A DNA stretch of 64,000 nucleotides, from positions 104,689 to 168,688 of the forward strand of contig NMRA01000548.1 of NCBI GenBank assembly GCA_002633005.1, read 5' to 3'. A program made the translations under genes and the position numbers. The DNA is from Phoronis australis (Eukaryota > Animalia > Phoronida). The notes below the pieces were generated by a model that saw only the letters and a program-made list of their open reading frames with translations, was not told where the DNA came from and did not search any database. Shown in pieces: positions 1-13,961 of the stretch. Positions within the stretch are counted from its first letter, which is position 1, and the number at the start of each line of letters is the position of its first letter.

Positions 1-969
1 TGTTCAAAATAAATGTGAAATATTTCAGTTAATGAAGATAACTAACAGAAAGGCCTGCATTGTAAACAGCAACAGGAAACTTGCTATTTGAAATCGACTA
101 TCGCCATTACGCAATACTGGTCAAAGATACAATTTCGTGACGTTCCTACTCTTGAGGAACTGATTTGTTCTTGCAGCACACTTAATTCACAAACTTGTCC
201 TATGTTTGACAGCGATGCACCTCGCTTAACACCGTATGTTGGTGTTAAGCTTTGTATTAGCCGCCAGGCGTCTCTGGTGTTTAACCTCTCCGCACTGGCT
301 GGAGACGCGTTCCAGAGCGTCCATGTTGGTGGACTGTTTACGTTCACTTGTTAGGGACATTTGCGTTGTCTTTGAGCGAACTAACACCATAGGCATCTTG
401 GATAAATCTGATCTGTGGAAATGTTTTCTTTTCTTCTATTAACTGCTGGATGACTGGTAAAAAATCTTCAAGCGCGGACATAAAGTCAGGGTGTTGCGTT
501 ACTATACATTCCAGCTTGCGTTACAGGCAACCCTACTGGTTGACGCGTGGGCGACCTTATATTATTTTAGACGCATTTTGATTAGATGCCTGTCAGCCAA
601 TCGCAGCGATGTTGGAATTAGAAGCACGTGTCATAGAATATTGAACGCGGATTTTTAGTTCCATTGTTCAGTTTAGAAGGAAATTGAACCATGAAGTGTT
701 GACTCATTGTTCTACTTTTAAATTCTGTTTTAAGATCGGAAATTTGAACTACGAAATATTAACCATTATTTCACGTTTGATAATGAATTCAATCTTGGAG
801 GTGGAAAGCAGCACACGGCCTTATCCGATTCGTATGCACATGTATCAATTTATGGGAAACTGTATTATATTAACCATTATCTTCAGTTTCATTATTCATT
901 TCTAACTGCATTTTTCAAATGGAAAGTGCCATAAGTATTGAGGGGTTCTATCGATCGATCTCTTCTCCA

Positions 970-1053
970 ACACCATCAGTAGCTAGTAGAGCGAAACAGT
1001 TGACTGCCTACTGACGTATAACTACTCATTGACTTCAGCACATTAACCTTCAA
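970..1053 (+). promoter_or_regulatory. Conserved proximal upstream block of gene A (TGACGTATAA element); paralogous block about 24103-24190
   Basis: AAACAGTTGACT.CCTACTGACGTATAACTA.TCATTGACTTCAGCACATTAACCTTCAA-ATG is nearly identical in both paralogues and has a CRE-like TGACGT overlapping TATAA. Function is inferred only. Confidence 0.4.
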
Positions 1054-1375
1054 ATGTTTCGTCAACAACCAAAATTCGTTTTTCTTTTTGTATTTGTCGC
1101 ATTTTGCGAAGCAAATGAAATGTGGTTTGAGAAGCGCGAGAACCTGAAGGCAACAAGTTGTCCAGTGAGAACGAGCACCCCTACACTCACTCTATGCTTC
1201 GCGGGTTGTTTGGAACAGAACCGTGGTGAACCCGGGAAGTGTGTGGTTATTAACTTTAACGAGAACTCGTCAGCTTGTGACTTGTGTGATATAAACAGCA
1301 AACTCACACCCCTTCAGTCGATATGGCAAACTTGGATCTCTGTACCAGTTGAAGAAACAATCAAGCTGATTGCGG
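1054..1375 (+). CDS. PAN/Apple-FReD gene A, coding exon 1 (signal peptide + Cys-rich PAN/Apple-like domain)
   Basis: ATG at 1054; hydrophobic leader MFRQQPKFVFLFVFVAFCEA; Cys pattern C..CFAGC..CVVINFN..CDLC resembles PAN/Apple. Phase-1 donor G|GTGAG at 1375/1376 joins exon 2 in frame (G+AT = Asp). Confidence 0.85.
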
Positions 1376-1624
1376 GTGAGAAGACATCATATGTTGAATG
1401 TTTTGCTTAACGATAAACTAATTACATATATCGTATATTTCAAATCTATGTTCACACGTCATGTAGTCAGTGCATTATTTTCAAATCAGTCTTCATAGGC
1501 CCTTTTTTTCTCGCACTGTTACCTTTAGTTGAACTGTAAAACAATTAATGTTCATCTTTCCCAAAATGAAAGAGAAGACACGTCCAATCATCATGCGTTC
1601 TGTTTAAAGTCAGTTCTAACATGG

Positions 1625-2030
1625 AAGTACTGGACCAGTACTGTGCGTACTGCACCGCACACCAGCTGAGGGCCAAAAATCCGTGCACATAGGCCACAAT
1701 ACTGACTCTGTGCCGTTACCAGTACTAGGCCAGTATTGGGCCAATACCAAGGCAATACCGGGCCACAATATTTTCACATTTATTGGGCCGTTTTTAGGCC
1801 AGTACCAAATACAATGGTGACCCGGTACACTTCCAGTACTGGGCCAGTATAACTATTCATAACATTTCTGAACCAGGTGAATAACTTAAATGCAGTGCTG
1901 GTCTGGTATAAAATCTGTAGCGAGCCAGGATCAATACGTAATGCACTGGATCAGTACCTAATTTCCACTACTGGGTCATAATGTGAACTGTATGGCGCTT
2001 GTACAAGGCCAGTGCAGCTCTGTGCTATTA
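1625..2030. repeat. Degenerate CCAGTAC(T)/GGCC short-unit repeat region in intron 1 (partly shared with gene B about 24755-24920)
   Basis: Many CCAGTAC, GGCCAGTA and GGGCCA motifs. Confidence 0.55.
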
Positions 2031-5000
2031 TTCCAACTGAAATGCGTCATTAAGGTCTCGTGACTAGAAACTCAAGAAGTCATGCCCGTTTCCATTCAGT
2101 ATTGAAATATTTTTACAGGTACGTACCGTTTTTGTTCTGGTAATGAAGACTGAAAATCAAAAATCAATCTTTACTATATATAGTCCGGATACCTATCGTC
2201 GTCATGCTCCAAAGGTCGTCCGCCATCTTCTTTCGCGTGCAGCGCAGCCACGCGGGACTTAGCGTTCCAATTTGGAGTGCTCGTCTGCACGTTAGGTACT
2301 AACCTCTCGGGAGAAACACGCATGGAAGAACTGAGACTAAAATTAATGCATTTACCGACTGTTTTTTTGAGACCACTTAAAAACTTGTAGATTTTACTAA
2401 TGCACTTTTTTGTTCATTTTCAGAAGATATTTTCGAAATTAAATTTTCTTCAGACGGAACAAAAAGCAACCCAGGAATTGTTTATGCAATCTATTTGTCC
2501 CAGGCACTAACCGACACCTGTTAGGCCAAAGGAAAAACGCAGCAGACAAATGGAACACGCTGGGTGCTTAAAAGTTTCGGCCCACGCCTTGGTCATCAAA
2601 ATATTGTCCACTTGTTTTTTATTGCAAAACAAAGTACTGAGCTCAACATTTATGTTGAAATTTTTGGTTAAAGCATTTTGAATTTATTTGAAGAAAATTA
2701 AAATACTTGAATTGATAGAGAATGGCCACCAATAAAGTAAAACATTGACTTTATTTCACTATATTGCATTGTTACATACAACACAGCATGACATAATCCA
2801 AAATAATAGAAGAGATTGAGCAATAAAATTCAAATGCAACTTGGGTATTTATTTATTTATTTATGATTGTAGAAGTCTGTTAAAGATGAGAAAAAATCAA
2901 ACAATACGATTATGGGTAATTTATTAGAACAATTGTATTGAGGTTCAATGATCAACTTGCGACAACAAAGTCTCAAAGGGTTATAGTTCTGTTCTGGCTG
3001 ACAAGGTGTTAACAGAGAATGAAGAGAAACTGAAAAGAAAAAGAAAGACAGCAGAGATAAGTGGTGTTAAGTACAACAAGAGCAAAAAGTCAAATAAAGA
3101 GGTCACAAACAGAAAATAAATAAGGTCTATCTGGAATAAAACAACTAGGGCTCAGCCGCGATTTATTTTCCAGAACTGAAATTCTAAATCAATTTTAATC
3201 GACTTAAAAATCGATATCATACTAGTAAAGCAGTTCGTGGTTGAAGTAGAATTGCTGTAAACCACTTTCCACTATTTTCTTGGCCTTTTTCTGTGTGGTT
3301 TTATGTTCTTTCAAAAGGCGGCAGCATATGACGACCATAGAAGTCATTATATAATGGCTGCCGAAAAGCAATGCACAGCTGAACAACTCGTCATAAGTAA
3401 AAGGAAACGTTTGAATCAACGAATACTATATATTTGTGAGAGTTAAATCCTTTTCAGATCATAACTTTGAAGTGGAATAATTGGGTGAGTACGACAACAA
3501 GCCAGTTTTATGCTTAGGCGGACGACCATTGGGTTCCCGAGTATACACATTTATTGCCAGAGTTGATGTTTTCCCCCAAAATGACAAATTTCTGTCATTA
3601 AAAGTCGTTTTTCTCACAGGTCTTCTTCTGGGTTTTGCTCTTCCACTTGCTACTGGAGCTCTTTCTTCTCCCACAACTTCTTCATCAGGTGCACTTTTGG
3701 GTCAGACGCCCACCATTCTCTTTATATCCGCATGCAGTTTACAGCAGCTTCTGAACTGCGAAATGTAAAATTAACACAAGTTTAAATTGTAGTAGTTTCA
3801 GATGTGAGTGAAAGCACGTGTGGTTGCAGATGTGAGTGTCGCGCGTTAATTACACTACGACCGAGCCTTCGCTCCTGTTTTACCACCGTAATCGATATAC
3901 ACGTATCCAATGAGAAATTGGTCTGTAGGTCACGTGAGCTCTGAAGCAGCTGTGCGCTCGTAACTTTCCGCTCGTATTTTTCACTCGTAATTTTACAAAA
4001 TATTACGCTCGAAATGTTCAGAAGGTAAAATCTCAAGTGGCAGTGTATACAAGTGCAAAAGATGGAAAAATCGAAGACTGGGTGATTTCATTAATTGCTG
4101 CCCTAGCCATCCAAGGCATTTGAAAGTGGACCGTTGTGATACATAATAAAGTGCCGAAATGTATATCTATCAGGTTGTTTGCAAATGCATTTATTTTATT
4201 TGTTAATGCTTTTTAATACTTAGGCCAAGTTAAATTCTCTTCTTCTTAACAGAACGTGCAGAGGACATATGGCATTGCAAAGAACATAGACAAAATCGGT
4301 TTTCGGAGGGTAATGAACTGTAGTAGAATGTCTAAATGTTGGAAGTAAATCACTTTATTTAAAACATTTGGTCTAGCGGACTACTTTTTAAAGTTTCGAG
4401 CACACAATTATGAATGAAAAATACCAGCGTAAAATTGCGAGCGAAAACTATGAGCTTTAATCTTGTTGAGAGCTGACTTTACCTTCAAACCATTTCACAT
4501 TGGATGTAACGATTTCGGTAGTAAAACACGATCGAAATCTCGGTCGGATTTACGCTCGTAATTCATGAAGCGAAAACGAAAGTTTAATGTAGAAACAATT
4601 ATGCTGCTATCAATGTCATTTCTTTTTGCATAAAGTTACTAAAAACACATGGTCAAGTGACCCAATTAATGGTAGATTGGTAAATAGTCAAAAATAACAT
4701 TTTACAGGCTTTTTGTTTTCAGAATATTTGTACTTTTTCTGAGTTAAAATGTATAGTTTTGCAGATTATTTTCTAATTGCAACAACACTTTTTCTCCAAC
4801 ACAATTAAGGTCCCATAGAACCTCAACTGGAACAAAACACGCTACTCGTCGTAAACCCCACGGGTTCATTTTATCATTTTAAATTCATAAACAACATAAG
4901 GAACTTTTCAAATAAGATCTTACAGTAAATGACTTTGTACAGGCAACAAATCATTCTAAGACCCAGACTGCGACAAACTAACTCATTTTCTATTCTACCT

Positions 5001-5694
5001 TCCCTCAGTCATGCCTTCAGGACCGTAATCAAAGAAACAAATTGCATTAGTAACTGGAATTTTCTTAGGAACTAAACTAAAAGGAACCAATATCAATCGT
5101 CTCACTCAAACATAACTTCAAACGGCATACCACTGTTATAGACATGACGGTGCCCTTAGCATTATATCAACGTCCCCTCAATCTTATGAAATTACCTAAT
5201 ACTGATCAAGCTCATATTTTCCTTAAAATAAGAGTGGCATACCTAGACACAATTTTAGAAACTCTCCAGCACTATGTTGCTGCGGAGTATTCCAGACTTT
5301 TGGCCATATCTTCTTTACGACATTAGTTTTTGGCCACATGTATAATAGGCATTTTAAAAAACGAAATGTTGATCGTGAACTTCGTAATCATTTGCCTCGT
5401 TAGCTTCCTATTACGTCTACTATAACTCCACAGTTATCGAAGACCAGAGAACAGGTTTTTCAAGATGCTCTGATATTCACAACGTTTACTCAGAATTCCT
5501 CAAAGTTCTTGATAATTTTTTAAAGGTATATAATTTAATTCCACTGAAATATGGACACCGGTATATTCGAAGAACTTGCTAAATGTGGAATGATTGACTA
5601 CATGAACTGATGTAAATTATTCCTTATGTGTATTTTGTATTCCATATTGTATTTTTGATCTGTATTCAAAATTCATGTATAAACATGAGTTATT

Positions 5695-5699
<5 letters not shown>

Positions 5700-5756
<57 letters not shown>

Positions 5757-5843
5757 CACACGCACACACACACACACACACACCCCACACACACATACAC
5801 ACCCACACACACACACACACGCACACGCGCGCGGCGCGCACAC
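5700..5843. repeat. (CA)n microsatellite just upstream of the gene A exon 2 acceptor
   Basis: Directly visible. Confidence 0.97.
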
Positions 5844-5878
5844 ATCCGAAATTGTGAAGAGTATGCCGTAATTCACAG

Positions 5879-5997
5879 ATTGTGCGGAGTGGTACTACCT
5901 TGGCAGCCGAATCAGTGGTGTGTACAGCATCTTCAATAGCGATGGCCGAGTGGTGTCAGTCTATTGTGACATGGAAACGGAAGGAGGAGGGTGGATG
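5879..5997 (+). CDS. PAN/Apple-FReD gene A, exon 2 (start of fibrinogen-related domain)
   Basis: Acceptor ttcacag|; reads (D)CAEWYYLGSRISGVYSIFNSDGRVVSVYCDMETEGGGWM with the canonical FReD VYCDM-x-T-x-GGGW motif; phase-0 donor GTTAGT. Missed by the ORF track. Confidence 0.92.
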
Positions 5998-6570
5998 GTT
6001 AGTGCAATTTTCGAATATATTATTCCAGATTCAAACAGCGGAGCTCGACCACTTCATTCGAGCATTCGGGATTTATTGTCCAATATGAAAGCCGGATGAA
6101 AATTTTGTTGGAAACGACGAGGTTGGGAAAGTAGCAACATGGTTTGAATTTTTAGCACGCCATTAAAACGCCTTTTAAAGTAGACGCCGATAGCAATACT
6201 TTAACAACTAAGTTCAATGAGGGTTGTATCATACATTTTACCAGGTGAATTTATTTTTACATAAAATTTAATTTTCTACCTTTTCGAACTAGCGTCAATC
6301 CTAAGTACTGTGAGGGCATGAAGAATAATTGGCATTCAATGGATGTTATTTATTCAACTCGATCTGAAGCCGCAAAGGAAACCCGTCCATTCCAATTGTT
6401 TGGGTCCCTCCTTTACATCTCCAGCTCTTCACAATCCGAGTTTCATACCGAATAATAAAACCTGGCGATAAATCATCAAAATGGCTCTTATGAGAAATAT
6501 GCCATCAATAAAACTGAAAAATTCTCAAAATCTTGTATGATCTAAAAGTACGTAATGTGATTAATTTCAG

Positions 6571-6667
6571 GTGTTTCAAAGACGACTGAACGGCTCTCAA
6601 GACTTTTTCCTCTCCTGGAATGAGTACAAACAAGGATTCGGTTCAGCTTACCATGAATATTGGCTGG
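6571..6667 (+). CDS. PAN/Apple-FReD gene A, exon 3
   Basis: Acceptor atttcag|; [32 protein letters not shown](G) matches FReD motif FQRR.DGS.DF...W..YK.GFG....E.WLG; phase-1 donor GTATG. Confidence 0.93.
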
Positions 6668-9324
6668 GTATGTTATGGAGGAAACTATGTTATCGTTATC
6701 AAATAAACATGCGTAGATGTATCTAAACTATCCTGCTCTCTTGTGCCAACGGTTCAAGCCCCTGTAATTAAAGTTACATACTGAATATTACAGTTTCGCG
6801 TAAAACTACAACAATGGTTCCTACAACGCTATATACCTTTCACTAGAAGGAAATATGTTTACACTATTCATATTTTACGAGATCTGGTCCTAATATCTAA
6901 TTTCCGTTCTTGAAATCGAACTCGAGTTATACCTGTCGTTGAGTTGCCGACGGCGACGTCGCTGTTGTTGTCAATGACAGCGCCATCGGCCATGTCTTGG
7001 TAGTCGTTGGTGTTCTTGCTTTCGTCATCGACCTCAGTTCTAAGTTCTACATTCGATTTCGCTAAGTGTAATTCCTTTGAGCGCATTTGTTTTTGTCTGT
7101 TTGTTTTCACACTACATGTTGCATTTTTCTTTAGATAGACATGAAACTCATACTCGTCATTTACCTTGTTAAGAGCTTAATGCCTGTTGGTTTTAAGACT
7201 TAAAACCAACACTTAGGAATATCGAACAAAAAGTGGCCCTGTGACGGCTACATTTCAGTGGTAGTTTTTAGGATTCATGTGAAATTTGGTGCTTGGGAAG
7301 ATCTCTTGAAGCTCTTCGGAATGATTTAAATCTTGTCTCGCTATATGTCCTATTCTTCTTGTTACTTGATTTTCTCCAATGATTGATTGACGTGCATTAG
7401 CTGTGACTTCTCGGCCGGTCTGAAAGTTGATAGGTATGCCTAAATAGACCTCATCATGTGCCACATAGAGAATCCTACACAAGTCTCAGGTTTATGACAT
7501 GGGCAAAACCTCTTTGAAATTTCGTCGAAATCCCGAGACTTCTCACATGAACCGTAAAAGCGATATTTTTGCCTAAAAACTCGACGTGTCTAAGACTTTC
7601 AACAGCATGACGCAACTTTTGTAAAAACATGCCTGTGCAATGTAAAGAAAACTCAGTTGCTCTTTTTTAACACTTTTATATTAAACTGAACAATTATAAA
7701 TTGCATTCAGCTTTCGTCACCAACTGTTCAAGTTAGAATATAATAAATAGTCGATGAAGTTGTTATACTTTAAACTTAACAAATACAGTCAGCAGGGATG
7801 CCCCGCGCGTGAGCAGTGAATTGACCTTGACTGAGACAACACAGCTAGACCGTCTCATCGCGTTTCTAGAGTTGAGGTTCGTCTCCGTTTGAATTAACGA
7901 GGATATGGAATTTCCGCCCCCGAAGATGGGCCCGTGTAAGAAGTTGTTTTTCATGTCTTTCCGACTGGAAGCACGTACAGTTGTGACACCCGATTTTTAG
8001 TCACAACCTAGTCCAATTCATGTAATTCCGGAATTGTTTTGTTGGCGCGCGTTTGGTTGTTGGTATAAGTGTTTTGCAGACGATAACATCATAGACTATA
8101 GTACATGGACCACTAACTCCGCCGTATACGTTCAATGGAGGAAATCTGTGGTCTCACGCACAAGCCGTTACGTCATTATTCACTAGCGCCATCTGGCCAA
8201 ATTATCGAGTATTTCTGCTAATCGTTGTCGTTGTCGGCTGTTGTGTGGTCGAGTGGTAGTAGCATTGCTAAAAGTACTCACGATACCAACAATTCTACTA
8301 TTGGAAGACTTTGAACAGCGTTTGAATGCCGAAATTAATTTTTTTCGTTGTATTGAACAGTAAAATAGACGCGAGAATTTTCCGTCACAATACACTAACC
8401 GCAAACTGAAACAGACAATGCAAGAGAGTGGTGTCTCCTCTAGGACAGTACACAAGAAAATATCGGAGTTGCGAATCAGTTATCTATGATAAAATGTAAA
8501 GCGATAGATTTCTACTTTGCACTACTTTGTGATTTGCCTATGTAATATCAAAAAATTACGTACTCGGTGTTATTAACCAGTCATGTCGTAACACATTTTA
8601 GGTCTTGTGAGAAAAAAGTTTCCAGCTTTGACTTACTGTTTCTCGTGATATTCGAAGTTTACTGGTGACGTCCCACACTCGATCATTTCTCACACTTCAG
8701 CGCAGTCACACGTCTAAGAGTTCCAGAGCAATGTAGGTCCTACACCGTCCTGTTATTCTATGAAATTTGCACACATGTGCCGAGTTACTGGCTCAAATTA
8801 GACGCAAAATGATGTTTTTGCAGCCATTTTTCAAATTTTCGATTTGCAGAGTCATTCTCCGGCATCCTTTGATGGACCTTTCTGGATTGTGGATAATTCT
8901 TCCCAAGTACTATCTAAAATACACCATCATTTTTTGCCACGGCTTACCATTCTCGAGTTTTCAACTTGTGTTAAATTTATTGAGTTTTTCGTGCTGTGTA
9001 TCCGCCATCTCTATACAGATTGTTGTAAAATTTAGTTACTGGTTAGATGTTGACAAGCATCATCTGCGGTATACACATATTTTTTACTCCGTTCTTTGAC
9101 ATTTAATGGTCAGATGACCTCATTTATTGACTATCCCACGTGCTGCAGGTTGTAGTTTTCATCCTATCGATATACAATTCACGTATTGTATCGGTGATTA
9201 AAATCTTCAAGCAATAAGCTGACTCATTTGTCATAGATAAAGGCATATCAAAAGAAAAAATGTCTACATACCAGCGTGTTCGATCCAACTCTGTTGAATT
9301 GATTTGTTGGAATAACCATTGTAG

Positions 9325-9498
9325 GAAATGATGAACTTCATTACGTCACCAGCAGATCAACTGTTTACGAACTTAGGATTGACCTGGAAGACTTCGAAAA
9401 CACCACGGTTTTCGCGCTCTACAAAGAATTTCGTGTGGCAAGCGAGGACCACATGTATCGGCTAACTGTTAACGGATATGACGAGATCAGCACCTCAG
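9325..9498 (+). CDS. PAN/Apple-FReD gene A, exon 4
   Basis: Acceptor ttgtag|; (G)NDELHYVTSRSTVYELRIDLEDFENTTVFALYKEFRVASEDHMYRLTVNGYDEISTS(G) contains FReD ELRIDLEDF motif; phase-1 donor GTTAG. Confidence 0.93.
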
Positions 9499-9808
9499 GT
9501 TAGAAGTTATATCTGCAAAACCTGGTTGATTAAACTTCTTAAGCCTGCCGCAGCTGCGTCATCACAAAAATCAGTTTTTATTCCTAGTGTTTCTGTGTAA
9601 TAGTATAATTTGTATATGGTTATTCAGTCACGGTGGACATAGCTGCAGAGAAACCGGCAGCTTGAGTGACTGCACAATAAATAAGTATCTAAGCATTTGC
9701 TTCTGTTCTATCTTGAAAGTCCAGAAAGTGACTTGGTATTCATCTTATCTAGAACTGAAGACGGTATTTTGTTTTCATTGGTAATTCTAGGAATGTGAAA
9801 ACGTAAAT

Positions 9809-11943
9809 CAGACCCATAGGAAGGCAAAAATTTCACGGAGTGGGCCTAGGGCCAACGCACTGACGGGTAACTGAGAGATGACTCAAGTATCTGTAGCTAA
9901 GATCTAACTGTGAAAATACGAAATTCGATGAACTAAAGCTCAGCTATGATGCACTTGAGACAGGCAGCTTAACTCGCACCTATCCACCTGCGTTGGCTCT
10001 TAGGTCAGGATTCGTTTTTGTTATGATACTGTTTCGGGAGAAGTTCGTTTTATTTTTTCATTCTTTGTAGGAAGTTTTTGAAATGGTGAAGTCCCGAGGT
10101 CCGTAGTATAGTGCCTTTGGGGCTGTTCAAAATCCCTCGTTGAAACACGGTCGGTAGCCCAATTTCTGGTGGCGGGGGAAAATGATAGAGAGTGTGTCCC
10201 AAAATATACACACTTCAACGCTTGGAGTTCAAATTCAGTTCCCGTGGATGACTCAGATTCTTCGCCGGTCTACTGCATGGTTACACCTTATTTTTAACAT
10301 GAGTGTGTCAGTCATGAGGCGCTCTGTCCGTGTAGTATGCACGGGAAAGACAAGCCAACGATTCAATTTTGAAGAACAAAATTTCATTGCGCAATACTAC
10401 TGGAAAGTAAGAACATCACGGAAGTGCAAAGACAACCATTCCAAGTTAACAAGCAATGAGTTTAATTTTATTTATTTAAGGTCTTAAACTTATTTTTCGA
10501 TCAACGGTTTGTGAATTAACTAATCGATCACACTGTAAGTCAATAAACAATTTACTGCCATTTGAATTGTGAGAACATTCTGCTACACTTTGTAGAGCTG
10601 TCCGACATTCATCAGTATCATTGAGACTTATTTCAGACAGACAAAAATCGTTCAGTGCACTTTGATATTTGGGGATCTGGTAATTGATCGAGATTTCCCA
10701 AATGTCAGCTTGCATCTAAGTTCAGTGAAGCATTGCCATTTCTTACAAGATTAGCTTCTAATTGTCAAAAAATCATCTGTCAATCAGTCGAATTTCGCAG
10801 ACACATAAACGTGCGAACCAGAAGACAACAATCCATTCCATGAGTAATGCCTTTACCTTGATTTAATTTCTTAATTCCTCTTTGTTCCCCCGTTTGTGAG
10901 TTTAAACGACAAATCTTGTACCTAATTCAAAAAGCAACGCATTTATTGTCATTTAAATTGTGATTATGTTTTTGGGTACTGTCCGATTTTCATCAATGTC
11001 TTTGAGAGATAGTTTAGATAAGCAAAAAAGCGCCTAAGTGTACTTTACTCTTTGGAGATCGGATTATAGAGTTTTTCGAACTTCAGACTGCCACTAACTT
11101 CACTGAAACATCATCAATTCGTACAAGATTAGCTTTTAATTGATCAAAAATAATCAAGCTGTCGATTTTCGTAGATACATAAACACGTAAATCAGAAACC
11201 AACGAATTTGTTTATCAAAACTTAATACTATAAGAAATTTTCGCAGGCATGCTCGCAGATTTTGACGGGTGACCAGAGGAACATGGCAGATGAGACTTTC
11301 GAATTAAGGTGTATTTTTGCTCATTTCAGAGGTACCTACATATGTAACGGTAAACTATTAATACTTGAACTCCAAAAAGTTGAAATCTTTGTTTATGATT
11401 GCAAGCACTTTGAGTACTCCCGTTCGACATGTACACGGTCATCACAAACCGTACTCCTGACAGTCTTTTCGACATGTGCAAATTCCTTTCAAAAAACTCC
11501 CAGTAACGATCTTCAAAAATACTATTCTCGTGATAACATGGTAAAAAAGTAACCTTATTTCATAAATAACCCACGGAAATAACCATTTTGTGTAATTCGC
11601 AAACAGTGGTCTTCACGTTGTTTAAAATTCCACCTTTTCGATGGCGGTCAATCATATTGTAATTTTTGAGTATAGAGGGACAAAGGTACAATTCCCCCCT
11701 ACCGCCCCACCGAGAAAGGGTCCCGTCTGAATGGCTAAACATAATTAAGCTTGGAAAAATGTGACAGTTCATTCAATCGTCGTCTGACCCTGCAAAAAGA
11801 GACGTTCCTTAATATGAAAGCACAACGTTTATGTCGGTTGCCACGGTTTAACCCTGTCGCCTTCAAATTTTTTTGGGAGCATTTGCCCACCCGCCCNNNN
11901 NNNNNNNNCCCACCCGCCCCCCCCCCCGCTTCCTACGGCCTTG
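9809..11943 (+). repeat. Non-coding interspersed repeat family; related copies about 46950-48070, 52130-52710, 57667-59110
   Basis: Shared strings such as GATGAACTAAAGCTCA.CTATGAT.CACTTGAGACAGGCA.CTTA and GTAGATACATAAAC..GTAAATCAGAAACCAACGAATTTGTTTATCAAA; CAG(A/G)CC..TAGGAAG / CTTCCTACGGCCTTG ends. Confidence 0.75.
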
Positions 11944-11999
11944 TAAACAGTGAGTTTCCGTGATTGGTGATTTGTAAAATGGAGTCTTGATCTTAGGAT

Positions 12000-12430
12000 T
12001 GTAGCAGCGATCGTAACAAAAAGTTTCTTAAGAGATCTGTCGAACGAGAATTCATTTGGTCTGTTGTTTCGGTTGTGATAGCAAATGGAACTGTTTTGGA
12101 AGTAATGTGTAACTTAGTTGTGTAAACACTTGCAATATACTTTCAAGCAGGGTCTTCAAACAGAGTTTTTTTTTAATAGTTCGCACATTGGATTTGTAAG
12201 GGCAAAGTAGTGGGAGTTGGTGATAATTCTTGATGCTCACAATATGATCAAAATATCAATGGAAAAAATTATGTACATGCCCATGCATTGGTTCATGCAC
12301 CTATGAATACAAAATAATTTGATTGTTCGCACATTGACGCATGCTGCCCAGCTTAAATATATGCAGACACGGGCGACCATTCCATATTCGTTTGCTAGAC
12401 TTAAATGTGGCGATTCTTCATTATTGATTC
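12000..12430 (-). mobile_element. Old LINE fragment in intron 4, shared by both paralogues (gene B copy about 48400-48860)
   Basis: The gene B copy reads RALRMIANSHYFALTNPMCKLLKIPLLED, like the C-terminal region of CR1/L2-group ORF2. Same position in both genes, so it predates the duplication. Confidence 0.55.
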
Positions 12431-12653
12431 GAACTACTTTTCAATAAAACAGTTAATATTCAGTTGAAAACACGTGAACATTTCTCGTTTTGTAACAACA
12501 GCCAAGCTTCTAGCAAATGCTACGTTAAACTTTTGGTCTTTAATTTACTAAAAGTATTTTAAATACTGGAGTTTAATTCCAGCTATTGCCGCAACTCCAC
12601 GTACAGGCGGCGTAAATACCATCACATGCTTTTATATTCTATTGTTCTTCTAG

Positions 12654-12922
12654 GAGATTCCTTCAAATTTCATAACGGGAGATACTTTTCAACAAAGGAC
12701 GTGGATAACGACCATAACTCAGTAAATTGCGGTCTGACTTTTAAAGGCGGATGGTGGTACGGTGATCCTTGTCATCAAGCCAACTTGAATGGTTTGTACT
12801 TGTCAGGAAATAACAACCAAATGGGAGTAAGTGTGGTTTGGTATCATTTTAGAGGTCTGTACTACTCTTTGCGTAAAACAGAGATGAAAACTCGACCACT
12901 TGGCTTCAACAGTAAAAAATAA
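12654..12922 (+). CDS. PAN/Apple-FReD gene A, exon 5 (P subdomain, stop codon)
   Basis: Acceptor ttctag|; (G)DSFKFHNGRYFSTKDVDND...NC...GGWWYGDPCHQANLNGLY...W...YSLRKTEMKTRP, TAA. Exon lengths 322+119+97+174+269 = 981 nt, an intact 326-aa CDS. Confidence 0.93.
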
Positions 12923-13891
12923 TCCAGTGCTACTGTAACAGAAGAGAAGATTTTGAGGATTGTATGGGGCTAGAAATTTGAAATGAGATTTCAAATTAAA
13001 ATGGGACTGAGATTTTCAAGCAATCCTTAATACATACCAGGTTTTAAGCAGGGCCATGCGAAATGCGCTTAGCGATATTTTGTTTTGGGTGTGTATTCTT
13101 ACGCACTTACCAATACATTGAGATGTTTTTCCCCGGAGTACATGTATTACTCAGAATTCTGCACGGTAACTGGAAGCCCTGTGCGTAGTACTTCTACTAA
13201 CAACATACTCAGTTCAGAACTTCATTATGTATTCAGTATGTATGAAGACACAATTAAATCAAATTCTGTAACATAGGGTTTCTCAAACTTTCTTGCTTAT
13301 AATGTGAATGTATGTTGTACGTACAGTAGGTTAAATATTTCTCATGTCAGTGTACTTCGTTTTAACATATTCGGAAATTTATCTCATATCAGGTGTATTT
13401 AAATTGAAAAATTAAATTAATTATTCAAATTACTACTTGAAATATTGATTTTTGATACATTATTATATTTAACACGGTCTATTGGCATAATCTTATATGT
13501 GTGATCGTACTTACTTTCCAATGCATTATTTGACATTCCTTGTCTTGTTTTTAATTTTCTAATGCGTTCTCTAGATGACCTTTCCTTTGGCAGAAAAAAA
13601 ATTAAATCAATTACTGAAACTGCACTTGTGTTGTTACAAGTCAACTGTTAACTCACTTTTAGCGACAATGCGCCCGCATCCCAGAGTGTTCAGCTTGGCT
13701 ATTGATGTAGTGATGGACCTGACCAAAAGGTAGCGTCTTGCAGGCGTAACAGCACTAAAAGTGAGTTAACAGCTCCAGTATTCCTTCGATATTTATTTCT
13801 TTTGTACCATCTCAACTTGGATGCTCAAAATCTCCATGCTTTGGTATTATCCGTTCTGCGTCTTTAGGAAATCTAGAATCATTCCCTACAT

Positions 13892-13961
13892 CATGGTCGC
13901 CGAGCACCGAAAAAAGAGGGGGGCTATAGCCACCCCAGTTCCCTATGGTGTGCCGCCCATG
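13892..13961. mobile_element. 70-bp MITE, CATGG...CCATG ends, 5-bp TSD TACAT
   Basis: TACAT on both sides; absent from the paralogous site near 50462. Confidence 0.7.

Noticed and set aside
920-931. NF-kB-like site GGAAAGTGCC (and GGGAAATTGCC near 23954)
   Set aside because: Imperfect matches that are not conserved at the same position in both paralogues.
4770-5690. Possible old LINE 3' fragment in gene A intron 1
   Set aside because: Too degenerate to read a convincing motif by eye.
5628-5939. THTHTH / VCVCVC low-complexity ORFs (also 30555-30946 and 37330-37626)
   Set aside because: Translations of CA and TATG microsatellites, not genes.
11897-11908. N run and single Ns (52058, 57753) in C-rich tracts
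   Set aside because: Assembly ambiguities, not biological features.
12626-12653. ORF-track start MLLYSIVLL before exon 5 (also 49045)
   Set aside because: This is the polypyrimidine tract and acceptor of intron 4; coding sequence starts at 12654 and 49073.
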